Under the pieces are notes generated by a model. It had not been told where the DNA came from, searched no databases, and was given only the letters and a program-made list of their open reading frames with translations. This document shows, piece by piece, positions 22,201-33,292 of a DNA stretch of 64,000 nucleotides. The DNA is from Orbicella franksi (Eukaryota): positions 22,010,001 to 22,074,000 of the forward strand of contig OZ116702.1 of assembly GCA_964199315.1 (NCBI GenBank), in the 5' to 3' direction. Position 1 is the first letter of the stretch. Every line of letters starts with the position of its first letter. Made by a program: the position numbers and the translations under genes.

Positions 22201-25200
22201 ACTGATCGGTCTGGGAAAATCACTCAGAGTCACGGAAGATATTACTCGAGATTGCGACATGTTCTTTAAAATTGAACTCAAACGCTTTTTCCACAAAGAA
22301 GAATGGAACCTCAGGGTTAGTGAAGTGAGAAGTGCTTAAAAACTATTAACTAAATAAAAAAAACCGAGAACCTTGAGCAAGTAAAGAGTTGTTTAAAGAA
22401 AACTTGAGATACGTTGAGACGACCTTATCTTGAGCCTTGAAATACTTTCCTTAGTTGTTTCGTCGTTTGCAACGAGCTGAATCGACCGCGCAGTCTGCCG
22501 ATTGTACATGTTGCATTGTTGTCGAACTTGAGCCCTCGCGTGCATCCCACAGCTGATAAAATGTTCTAAAATAAAACTCTTTCATTTACTCCAATAAGTT
22601 TTTTGTTTACCTGAAAAAAGGAAGGATCCGAAGACTGAAACACTTCTGAGATGAGTAAAACTGACGGCATCCGAAAGGGAAACAAAAAATGATTAACAAA
22701 ACTATGACTTGCATCTGTATAACAAGGAGACGTTGGACAAGAAAGCAACGCAAGTTATTAAGTTGATTTGAAGAACAACGTAAAAATGGCATTGAAAGAA
22801 GGAAGGAAGCAAAACGAAACGAACAAAGAATTTAGCCAAGGGAAGGGCAGGTTGAGTGTTTCTTTAGTTGTAGCTCGCGTGGAGTAAGAATGAAGACAGA
22901 TTTGTTGTAAATGCGGAGTAAATCTTTGGTCAGTTATAGAATCGAGATAAGCGCTAAGTTTTATTATTTTTTATTCCAACAGCCGAGTCTGCAGCTAAGC
23001 CCTCGAACGGCTTTACTTTATTTATCATTTTATACATCCCTTTGTTTTGAACACGTGGACCAATTTCCAAAGAAATGCTATATGTCTCGTTTCTTCAGTG
23101 CTATGGTCAGATAAAATCTTTTTCATTGCCACAAAAAGTGGTCCGATGTTTGTGGAACGCCTTCTCTTGATATAACACTTAAAGGCGAGATATCACTGCT
23201 TATCTTACAACTAGCCGATAACTACAGCTCGCCAGACTCGCTGCTGCCACTGTCGGTAGTAGTGTTATTCATCACACTAGCCAACATGGCGTCCTCAGCT
23301 ACCCGGCAGCATTGAGTTTTAACACGAAAGTCTTTTGTCAGGTTTTCAAGGAGTTTCTAAATCAGATCAAATTGTACAAAGAAGATTAAATGGTAGCAAT
23401 TAATTAGGTTAATGTTTCTTTCTAAACAGTCTCCGTGCTAAGTGCCGAGTCCCTTTAACAAATGCGAAGAATGTTTTCTCCTGTACATTTGTGAATGTTT
23501 CTAAGAGATGCACCATGTCAAAGCACTTCAGTCCATCTCGGTGGTGTGTGAGTTTGTTTTTAACTGAAAAGAAGGATTGTTTTTCAGTCTACGAGCTAGG
23601 TTTCCAGTTGCTTTGTTTGAGCGTTCAAGAGGTGCACGTTCTACATGTCAAACACGCGCCGCGAATATTCGCGAATGTTAAGAAGATTAAAAACAGTTTG
23701 GCCTTGAAAATGTTATTAAACAACAAATCTCTTTTTGCATATTGTGGCTGTTGTCATCATTCTATTCCGCGGAAAACCACGTTTAATAACTTTTAGTATA
23801 AAGAACGGCTACTAAGATTTCCTCAAGGGGCGATTTAGTTTTTTTCAGTTTAGACTTCCCGTTTCAACTGATAAGACTTGACTTCGGCCAAATGGTTAAA
23901 TTGCTTCATAATGCAACATGCTTGACTAGAAAACACCAGGGTCAAAGTTTTTAAAACAATGGTTCACCTAAATCCGATTTTGTACTCAAACGATCTCAAA
24001 GGTGCCGCTTAAGAGTAATTTTGCGTGGGTGAAGAAGCCAAACGGTTTCACTCAACCAAAGATTACAAGTGTAGGCCGATTATCACGTCCTTTGAGGTTT
24101 GAAAGCAGGAAATATTTTGCTACTTATTTAAAAAGCTTGCATGTCTAATCCAGTTATCAAGTGGGATTTGTTTAAAACAGTTAAAATACGACCGAACAAC
24201 GTTGGAGAATTAAATAGGTTCTAAGCTTTCCTAACAGGGGCTTAGTAATATATGGTATGGAAAAGTAAACCTGCCTTCACTTGAATACATCCAGTTTTAC
24301 TTAATGTAAATGGGCTTTGCTTCCTCATTTACTGGTCAGCAATTGTTGCCGTTTGTTATTGAGCGTTCTTTGGAAATTTTGATACCAATTGCTTCATGTT
24401 TCAACTGTTCTGGGTTCGACGGTTGATGGGTTTCCCTTCTATCACGGGTTCTGTTTAAACCGATTAAGTAATGAAACAAAGTAGAGATTATTACACTTGA
24501 CTAAAAAAGTCTGAATAGAAATATATTTAAGACAGTTGAATGAAAGCCAAATTGCCATGTTCAGCTGGAAAGCATTTTTTAAACTGGCTTAAAATCCTCT
24601 TGCTACATGTAAAAGCGATAGCTGCCGACACAGTTTAGTTCCAGTTTGCTTAAACATTGATTAAAAATGCCCCGCAGTCTTCAAAAGCGTTTGTTCCCAC
24701 GAAAAACGCGTTTTAACAAAGAAAAAAAAAAAGGCTTGTATATGCCCTCAACGGGTCAATGATTGTCTTTAGTACGGGTGAAAAACTAAAGACAAGTATA
24801 ATACTTTTATCATATTTTGTTATTTGATTTCTACAAAACTTTAAATTCCTGTCCAAACTGATATAATAATTCCATTAGGAGTCGACAAAAATCAATCTTA
24901 GACTGAGTTTGGTGCATCATACCAAAAAAGACAAAATCAATTATGTCATTTATTCCTTTCACGACTGGGGTTTTCATTGCGATATTCCATCCTCATAAGT
25001 TCAGTGTTCATTATTTTTTCTTGTCCTCGTGGACATGACGCACGCAGGCTAAATTGAATGTGTAAGAGGAAAGTTGTGTACAATGGCGGGAAGATTTTAG
25101 CTGGATGTGAGTGGGTAGAGAGCATGAACTAAGCAGGGCATAAATATTCCCTCAGCATGTCTGAGCCACGGTGTAGACACGCTCATATGCTAAATACCTT

Positions 25201-26607
25201 GTTTTCTGCCTGGATGGTATCGAAGTCTCTTCAGCTGGGCACGCACGTTGCGTTTTGCTAGTTTCAATTATGTAAACAAGTTAGTACAGGAGTAACTGAA
25301 AATCATTGAACTCTCGACTTTTATTTGAACTTCACCTACTGTCCACAATATGTGCCGATGGGCAGAATTTTGCAGTCGATTAAAGTTTACAAGACAGATA
25401 GCAGTTTTGTTGTACAGTTGTTAACAAGGAACTTTAAGGTGTAAACCTAAATCATCTGTTTCGTTTAGTTTTTCATCAAAACTCAGAAGTACAGACGTCA
25501 CAGCACTTAAGATATAACTAAAGATAATTTGGAAGGGGAGGGGGGAATTCAAACAGATGTGATTGTGGATTTTAGAAATTGTACAAGCAGGAAGAGGCAT
25601 GAGCGATGAGTTTTGATCCAAATTGCTCCAATGAGCAACAAATATAAAACATGATCCTTCGCCACTGGCAACTTAGAACGTTTTTGTAACTTAAATTTCA
25701 ACCGTTTAGCATGGCTTACACACAACTGAAAGAACTTCTGCAAATCTTCTATAATTGAGGTGGGTGAAAACTCCAAACAACACGAGCACAGAATGAGTCA
25801 CATGACCTGTTTATAGCTTAGCTTCCAACCTCGTCAAACAACGAAATTTCGCTGGGCTATAGCGTGTGGTAAAGAAACTTTAACCGCTTAAAATATGACA
25901 TAAGATTGATTTCAAGCAAAACACAACTGAAAAGGTCTTGTCAATGCTTATGATACCACTAAAATTCCTTCTAACAGCCTAGTGGATAATTTACGTATTT
26001 CATGGTACATTAGACCTGTATCATAACTATCTCTTTTGTACGTTTGCTCGACATGATAACCGGTTAAACGAGAAATCCACCAGCTTTAGTCGCGTGACTA
26101 ATTGCCACGTGGTAAATTTCCTGAACAAACCACGAGCTTTTACCGCCTGTCACAGTCGCGTGGCGGAATTCAATGAGCGTTTTGAAAATGTGTGGGAGGT
26201 TTCCTTCCTGCTGCCGTCATACGCTAACAGCTTTATTAGACTCCTGTCGAGTAAGCAGATCTTTTTAATTGTACAACAAGCGACTTCCTTCTGGCGCGTG
26301 ATTTATTTTGTCAGTGGGAGCGTTTTTCTCAGCGAGAAAAAGCTTGCACGCTGTATTTGGTGGAAGTCTTTCTTTCGAATAGTAAAGAATTTCGGCCATA
26401 GTTAATCACTCTCAGGTCGAAAACAAAGAATAGAAGGTCTGCATGCGACAGGTATTTTCTGTCTTAACATGCTCTGAAAACCGGAGAATTGACTCTTTTT
26501 CTAGTTCATCTTGTTTCAGATTTTTTCTCTGAGTGGGAAAAACTGCTACTGAGCAGTAAATAAAGGAGACTGCAAGTTTGGCGGGATCTTACCGCAGAAA
26601 AAGGTGG

Positions 26608-26646
26608 CAACCTCGTTCCCAGGGAAAAGCCCTGGAAATGAGGTTG
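26608..26646. mobile_element. 39-bp minimal MITE (TIR pair only)
   Basis: CAACCTCGTTCCCAGGG-AAAAG-CCCTGGAAATGAGGTTG; a further right end at 27434-27456. Confidence 0.65.
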
Positions 26647-27666
26647 CTCCAATTGCTTCTGGGAAGAATTTCACCTCTTACCTTTCTTGGCGAAGCTAAC
26701 AGCATTAAGTCTAATTTAGGAAAATATTGACTATTTGGTAAATCGGAGAAATAGAAGAAAAGAGGAGTAATATGTGATAATCAATTTATTCTCGTTTTAT
26801 TGATTTTAAACTCGTGTTTCCTTTTACTTCTCTTCAGTCCAGGGCATTAGACATTAGAAAGCCTTACTGTTAAAGAGTATTGATATGTTGCACCAACTCA
26901 GAATGACACAGAAGAAAACATTCCCCTAGTAATTGTCAATGGGCTTTCATTTATCTTTTTTCTTAGGCTTAGTTAATAAGTCTGTGGCTGAAACCTTAGT
27001 GTGTGACCATTCAAATGAAAGCCATTCTGAACAGTACTTTAAGGGGTTGTTTATCTGATGCTATATAGGGAAGTTGGTTCTGTGGGCATCGATATGTTAA
27101 GTGCAAGTGACAGCTTTTGCTTGGCAGTCCTCTCTTTTGATATTGTTCGTTTTATTCTTATTTTCTTAGTGGAATTTTTGGAGCTTTATTCAAGTCAACT
27201 TACGGATACCCCGAGACGGATAATTAGTTCACAAAAGTGCATCAGCATTCAAATGTTTGTATAGAAAACTATTGTGTGAATCTAAAGAAAGTTCTTACTT
27301 CGACAAGCGGCTCTAACAAACACTCTAGACATCAGCCACTTAGCAGCATCAAAAGCCAGTTCTCGAAGCATTACTTTTAAGTGTAATGTCAACATAGTGA
27401 TTCTCTTTGTAATTGTCTTTGCCACCTTCAATGGAAAAGCCCTGGGGACGAGGTTGCTGGTGCGGAGAATTTGTACAAACTCTCTCTTCCCTCTAGCTAG
27501 ACGTCACAATAATATGTCTAACGGGTTTGCAGGATAACGGCCGTGGGCACCGCCACTTTTAGTCTAAGGAATTGAAAGTCTTCCATTGGATGTCTTTTAT
27601 GCCACAAATGGTCGCTAAGTATTTGCAAAAAGGGAGCATTAGAAAATTTATTTGCAGAGTGGGCCA

Positions 27667-27812
27667 CATTGGCGGATCTAGGGGAGGGGCCCGGGCCCTC
27701 CGCGCCCTCTTTATTTTGGGTGAAAAAAAAAGAATCGAAGGAGGAAGAAAAGCCGGCAGGGCAAGCAAAAAAGCTGCCGCCCCCCTTAGTTCAAGGTCTG
27801 GATCCGGCACTG
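27667..27812. mobile_element. hAT-like MITE
   Basis: CATTGGCGGATCTAG / CTGGATCCGGCACTG imperfect TIR; no clear TSD. Confidence 0.6.
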
Positions 27813-27881
27813 GGCTAACGCCCTTTCTCTTCTTGGCACCCCAGTCAGGTGTAGCAACCTCTTGTTTCTGGACCACGATCA

Positions 27882-28082
27882 GTCCTCAAAGATTTGCTTG
27901 AGTTCGCAACGAAGAAAAGCCACTTCATTTTCGATGGTCAATATTATGACCAGATCGATGGTGTCGCTATGGCCTATGGGGTCTCCACGAGGCCCTGTCT
28001 TAGCTAACATTTTTGTGTCACTTTGAGGAGAGCTGGTTGGCTAATAATGAGTCCCGACCGTCCATTTGGTTTAGATACGTTA
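27882..28082 (+). pseudogene. Penelope-like reverse transcriptase fragment
   Basis: With frameshifts: LKDLLEFATKKSHFIFDGQYYDQIDGVAM/GSPRGPVLANIF/CHFEESW...WFRYV, matching the PLE RT motif GxxMGSPLxPxLANIFM; ends just before the DD. Confidence 0.85.
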
Positions 28083-28209
28083 CGTTCTAATTCACTTCCT
28101 TCGAACGAACGTAAATTACTTACCACTTAAGTATCCGCAAAAACTGGTACAACGAAGCATGGGTGGATCGCACGCGGACCCTAACACTTTTATTACCCTT
28201 TTAAGATAC

Positions 28210-29207
28210 ATTTCAAGAGAATAATATAATCGGCTACACCGTGGTTCTAAGAAGTACAAGTCCTTTAGCCTCGTCACTTTTCCAGCGCCCATGAAGCTTT
28301 AACAATCCCTCAGAAACGTTATGCGAGAGGTCGTTACTATAGAGGTTACCCCACCAGAATGTAAACTATGGAGGCCTTAATCTTTGGGACCATAGCCCAC
28401 ATCCTTTAAAGCGTCCTTGAATATCTCCCTACAACGGGTGTTTGATAATTTGGCATTGCTAAGGGTATACCCTAACTTCTTCTTTGTTAATGGCCTGAAC
28501 AAGGGCAACTGATTAGATAGGTCAATATCGGCTACTTGGATATGCCTACGCAATACCGCCACAGGACGATAATTACTCTCTAACTTAGAAATATACACAT
28601 AGTTCCCCCTATACACATCTGTTTTACTCTTTGGTACAAATACTTTAAAAACCTCATCGTGAAAGAATATGTGGTTGGGCTGAATGTTACCTAATTCCGT
28701 CAATAAAACGAAAAAATCCAGCAAAGCTTGAGGAGGTTACTGCCGCAATAGGTAAGTCCTTCAGCAATGCACCATCAGCACCAAATCTGTTGATAATTCT
28801 TTTAACGACGTCAGCATCAACGGGTTTTTTCTCGCTAACTGAAAGGCTACTTGTTCTCCTGGCATACGCAATCATGCTTCTGCAGCAGGCGTTGTCCAAA
28901 GGATTAGGGCCGTCTCAGGAGTGAAAGAATGTAGCCATTTAACCGCGGCATGGAGCAACACCATTGAGGCGGGGGATCTAAGCTGTTGATCTAAGTTAGA
29001 TAAATAAAGGGCGACCACGGGGACACAAAAAGGTATCTGAACAGAAATCTGTCTACTCTTACACCACATGAAAAACTTTTTAATTTCTTTGATGTACTTT
29101 TTCGCAGTAGGATTAGCCCTGGAGTTAAGCAAGACACTAAATAAGGAATTGCGGTAAGGCCTAAGAGCAGAAGGGAGTTACGTCCAAACTTTACTTGCAA
29201 TTGCGAC
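28210..29207 (-). pseudogene. Tyrosine recombinase of the DIRS-like element
   Basis: SRANPTAKKY...FAGFFRF (catalytic R), GLHSLHSGG (HxxR mutated to HxxH), LKLHGRWKSD, frameshifted KDLY (catalytic Y). Confidence 0.88.
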
Positions 29208-29837
29208 CTGCAAGAAAAATTATAAATATAAAGTTTTATAACAAAGGAAAAGGAAAGGAAAATAATACTTGAGTCAAACGACCTAACAAATAAAACACCT
29301 AAAGTACATACCAAAGGAAAAACTATTAACTCTATAATATCGTAATGTAACGGCGCTGGGCATAAATTGACCACGCCTAAAACTCCTGACCCAAAAACAA
29401 ATGCCCGACGGTCGCAGGGATAGACAAACCTGACAAAACATGGAGGCTATAGAAAAGGCGTGCAAAAGAAGCAACATTTATAACGCTTAACTAATAGCGT
29501 GGCGAGAAAGGCTAGCAAAATTTTACACATGTTCGGCCACATTGTCTAACACACAGCGGATTCAAAGTCAGCTCGTGAACATAAAACGGACGGACACGGC
29601 TGCCCTGCACTAAGCTTCGTGCAATATGCGAGGGATAAATCAGACCCTCTTGGCCCCTTTGGCACACTCAAGAGCTTCAGCTCACATTCCTGTGAGCAAT
29701 TGCCGCTGCATATGACCATTGTCATTTCTCTAAACACATCCATCCTCCTCATGACCAGTGTCACATGACTCTTGAAAATCGAACCACAGTAACCCTTTAA
29801 GTCAGCTTTCAAATAAACGAAACGCGCGAGAATTTCT

Positions 29838-30598
29838 TTACAAATAATCCAGTCTAAGGGCGACAACGTTGCCTGTAAAATGTACAGAGCCCAGGAACGA
29901 ATTCAAATTTCTTTCTAAAGTGAGACCCTCAGTTCCATTCTGTAGGAAACAACCTTTCATGAACCGCTTGTATTTACTTGTAAGTAGAGGCCAGAAACTG
30001 GACAAAGGCCATAGTGGTATCACGATGGTAGCCCTCCCCTTCAGGAGACTCAGATAATGGAGGGCATGAGCAACAAGGGGTACCGGAGAAACCACTAAAG
30101 AGCTCTCAGACTCTAGATTTTGAGCAAAAAAGTCCACCCCTGATGTCGCCGGGTTCCAAACACGGGAAATGAATCTTGGTAGTTTCGCTGTATAAAAATT
30201 AGCAAAACAGTTACCTGTGTGCGGACCCCATAACTCTTCTAAACGGAGAAAAAATTCCGGAGTAATCTGCCAATCATCAAAGTCAATAAGACGACTGATA
30301 TAATCTGCTTCCTCATTTTCCGTTCGCAGGATCTACTGGACCTCCAAACGAATATCATGCTCAGCGCAAAACTGGAAAAGTTTGACAGCTAGGCTATGCA
30401 GATCTAACTTAATACTTCCCTCTTCGACAATTTTCGCAGCCTACTGACTATCCGTAAACCACTTGACGAGGGAACCCTCCAGAACTGGGGCAAATGATTA
30501 GAGAGAAAAATCAGTGACGGCAAGCTCTCTCCGAATAGAACTTTTGAAGCATTCGGATGGTTCCCAAAGTCTATGACGATATGCTCCTCATTAAGGGT
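29838..30598 (-). pseudogene. RNase H C-terminal half plus Dam-like adenine methyltransferase domain
   Basis: HRLWEP..RELA..KWFTDSQ..ENEEADYISR (RNase H), then IDFDDW..LWGPHTGNCFANFY..WNP..GVDFFAQ..ATIVIPLWP..FWP (DIRS MT domain); in-frame stops present. Confidence 0.82.
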
Positions 30599-30790
30599 GA
30601 CTCAGACTTTTTCTTTGTCCCACGCTCGTGTCATGTTGATTAATTCACCTTCACATTTCATTACCGAACTTAAAATTCACCATCCTTATTAACTTATCAC
30701 TACTCACGATGAATTCGATAGCGTTGATCCTAGCAGTATGCAGAACACCTATCATATATGAACTCAGTTAAATGACCTTGCTCTCCATGA

Positions 30791-30863
30791 GTTCTCGTAG
30801 CTCAGTGGATAGAGCGCCCGCCCGGTGTTCGGGAGGTCATGGGTTCGATTCCTGTCGGGGACT
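30791..30863 (+). ncRNA. tRNA-like Pol III unit (SINE-type; nominal anticodon GGT), copy 1
   Basis: Acceptor GTTCTCG/CGGGGAC, D arm GCTC/GAGC, A box TAGCTCAGTGG, B box GGTTCGATTCC, T5 at 30869-30873; C33 and a 31-39 mismatch argue against a decoding tRNA. Confidence 0.7.
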
Positions 30864-31051
30864 CAGACTTTTTCTTTGTCCCACGCTCGTGTCATGTTGA
30901 TTAATTCACCTTCACATTTCATTACCGAGCTTAAAATTCACCATCTTTATTAACTTATCACTACTCACGATGAATTCGATAGCGTTGATCCTAGCAGTAT
31001 GCAGAACACCTATCATATATGAACTCAGTTAAATGACCTTGCTCTCCATGA

Positions 31052-31124
31052 GTTCTCGTAGCTCAGTGGATAGAGCGCCCGCCCGGTGTTCGGGAGGTCA
31101 TGGGTTCGATTCCTGTCGGGGACT
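31052..31124 (+). ncRNA. tRNA-like Pol III unit, copy 2 (identical to copy 1)
   Basis: Same sequence as 30791-30863, followed by T5. Confidence 0.7.
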
Positions 31125-31221
31125 CAGACTTTTTCTTTGTCCCACGCTCGTGTCATGTTGATTAATTCACCTTCACATTTCATTACCGAGCTTAAAATTC
31201 ACCATCTTTATTAACTTATCA

Positions 31222-32411
31222 ATACTGATCTAATTCAATTTTCTCCTTCCAATGCTGGAGACTTAATGTAGACAAAACGCAGTGCCTAGTCAAGATTCTG
31301 GAGATACTCCCGGAAACTGACTGGTGATGTAGAAATAATTTGCCCCGTGAATGACGTTAATTTTCTAGCAGAAATAACGAAGCCAGAGTCAACAATACTG
31401 TTAATAGTACTGAGTATTTTGGCAACCTCCTATCGACGATTTCAATGGTTCCGCGAGCACTGTCCCATGTTAGACCCAACCAATCGATTTGTTGGTAAGG
31501 TTCCCATATTTATTTCTCGTCATTTGTCATATAACCTGCCTCACCAAGATCAGTTTTTACTGTTTTAACTATGCTACTACACGCTTGGCGATCTCTTTCT
31601 ATGGCCCAGCCATCATCAAGAAAAATAGCAATGCATATGCCCCAATGTCTCCGATGTTTTTCCAAAGTCTTAAGCGTTTTGGTGAAAATGTGAGGCGCAG
31701 ACGATGAACCAAAAGGCAAAACTGTAAACACGTAAAACTTTGTGAAATTAGAGCTACCAAGCTTCCAAGAGAAACCGAGGTAGGTCCGCCCTTCAGAGAA
31801 AACATAAAATCTTCTATCATAAAGTGGGACAATACAATTTTCCCGTCTTCATATTTGACGCGCATCTATCTCAGACGCTAATTAATGTATCTTAAATCAA
31901 TAATGAGCCTCTTTTCGCCAGTGACTTGAACGGAAACTGACAAGGGATTGACCACCAACGAAGGTACGACAACTTCAAGAACACGACCCGACTCAACTAG
32001 TTCACGTATAGCATCCTCAACAAATTCAGCATCGGCAAGGGATGATCTGTCGTTTTTAACTCCTGCAGTTTCAGGAAGACTAAGCAAAGGTAGCATGTAT
32101 CCTCTCTCTACAAAATTAAGAATAAATTTCGAAGTTCCAATGCGTTTCCAAAATTCTAGTTTTCTTCGAAGATTTCTTTTAACATTTACAGGTGGCGGAT
32201 GGTCAGTCAACTCAAACTCAAACAATTCGCGTTCACAATGTACCTGTGCAATATCCGAAACTTCCTCTTCAAACACCTCACTGCTTAGGACCGAGGTGGG
32301 GTTGTATTCCATTTCTGGGGCTCGACCAAGCGCTGGTACAGTCTCTTGCCCAATGGTCGAGCTTAAAGCATCTGAAGCATCGTGCGCGATCCATGTAAGC
32401 CTCTCTGCCGC
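31222..32411 (-). pseudogene. Reverse transcriptase of the DIRS-like element
   Basis: LEFWKRIG..GYMLP..VVNPLSVSVQ..KRLIIDLRYIN..FTVLPFG.SSAPHIFTK..IAIFLDDG; stops, frameshifts and an apparent deletion after FMFS. Confidence 0.9.
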
Positions 32412-32816
32412 CTGGAAATAAATGAAAACAAAGGCAGTATCAGACAATGGATAAACAACAACAGATTAAAGGAACATATCTGAAAGAGGGTGGGCGGGCG
32501 AGTTATACCCGTGCATAACAGAGAACGTGACCGGCTCGAAGGAGGGTAGGAGGGTAGGGTTGCAAGCGAGAGAGATTGAACGAAACTGCCGTAAAGTATA
32601 AATAGAAAGAAAAGACCAATCCTCCAACACCTAACACAGAAAATCCAGTGAGGAATGTGACGCTAAAATACCAGCGGAAAATGCATGCACCTGATCACAT
32701 TTGCCTTGCTTTCACATTTGCCGTCCAGTAATAACTAGCCGGCCCTAGACTGGGAACGATTCACCGACCGTTACGACAATTCGCGGAGCCATACATGACG
32801 CAAATAATGGTCAAAT

Positions 32817-32828
32817 CAAGATGGCGGC
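32817..32828 (+). promoter_or_regulatory. YY1-type motif overlapping the NHEJ1 start codon
   Basis: CAAGATGGCGGC, exact YY1 consensus. Confidence 0.5.
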
Positions 32829-33036
32829 AACAGTTCGGAGAGAAACATCTTGGAGGCGTCGTTGGAAACCAGATCTTAACTCTCAACCATGGAAACCCTT
32901 TTTCATTTCAGACAAAAATTTTCTAGTCAAGTCGATGTTCGTGGAGATGGACTGCTCCTATGAATTTTGCTTGTGGGATTCCAGCACTTTCTGGCATGAG
33001 AAAGTTGAACAAGACACCTTCAAGCGACGAACAAAG
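32821..33036 (+). CDS. NHEJ1: NHEJ1/XLF (Cernunnos) exon 1
   Basis: LNSQPWKPF...NFLVK...FWHEKVE...RRTK|GTCAGT resembles human XLF LLMQPWAWL...LLAK...VWHEQVD...QRAK; same phase 0 intron before ELN. Confidence 0.9.
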
Positions 33037-33238
33037 GTCAGTAGAAAATTACTGGTTGTTTTTATTCCTGGATTTCCCATAAAATGATTTTTGATGAACG
33101 GGAAGGGAGATTAAGAGACTTTTGTTATTGCCCAATACTCTGCCACTACAATTCTTTTCTATATACATTTCGCCGATAAAAGCGGGCATGTAGCCACAGC
33201 GAAAAGTAAAATATAACGTTTTAACGTTTTAAAAATAA

Positions 33239-33292
33239 CGTTTTCGATCTGTTTGATCATCACTCTGATGATGATCAAACAGATCGAAAACG
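33239..33292. repeat. Perfect 24-bp hairpin containing a degenerate hammerhead-ribozyme-like core
   Basis: CGTTTTCGATCTGTTTGATCATCA-ctctga-TGATGATCAAACAGATCGAAAACG; CTGATGA-T-GATC-AAACA-GATC-GAAA on the + strand. Confidence 0.75.

Larger units (their letters stand above)
30599..31221 (+). repeat. Tandem array, 261-bp unit, ~2.4 copies, each full unit with a tRNA-like module
   Basis: GACTCAGACTTTTT recurs at 30599, 30860 and 31121; only 2 differences seen between units 1 and 2. Confidence 0.95.
28083..32700 (-). mobile_element. Decayed DIRS/PAT-like tyrosine-recombinase retrotransposon; gag not seen, boundaries approximate
   Basis: Minus-strand order RT - RNase H - MTase-like - YR, with many stops and frameshifts. 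Confidence 0.9.

Noticed and set aside
25549-25810. - strand ORF/exon candidate between hh and the DIRS element
   Set aside because: Acceptor lacks a pyrimidine tract and no partner exons were found; if RNA-seq supported it, hh and NHEJ1 would not be immediate neighbours.
30791-31124. Functional tRNA-Thr(GGT) genes
   Set aside because: C at position 33, a mismatch at 31-39, two G-U pairs in the T stem, an anticodon atypical for eukaryotes, and embedding in a repeat unit; treated as tRNA-derived.
31948-32421. 157-aa + strand ORF
   Set aside because: Antisense shadow of the RT frame; Ser/Thr-rich with no motif.
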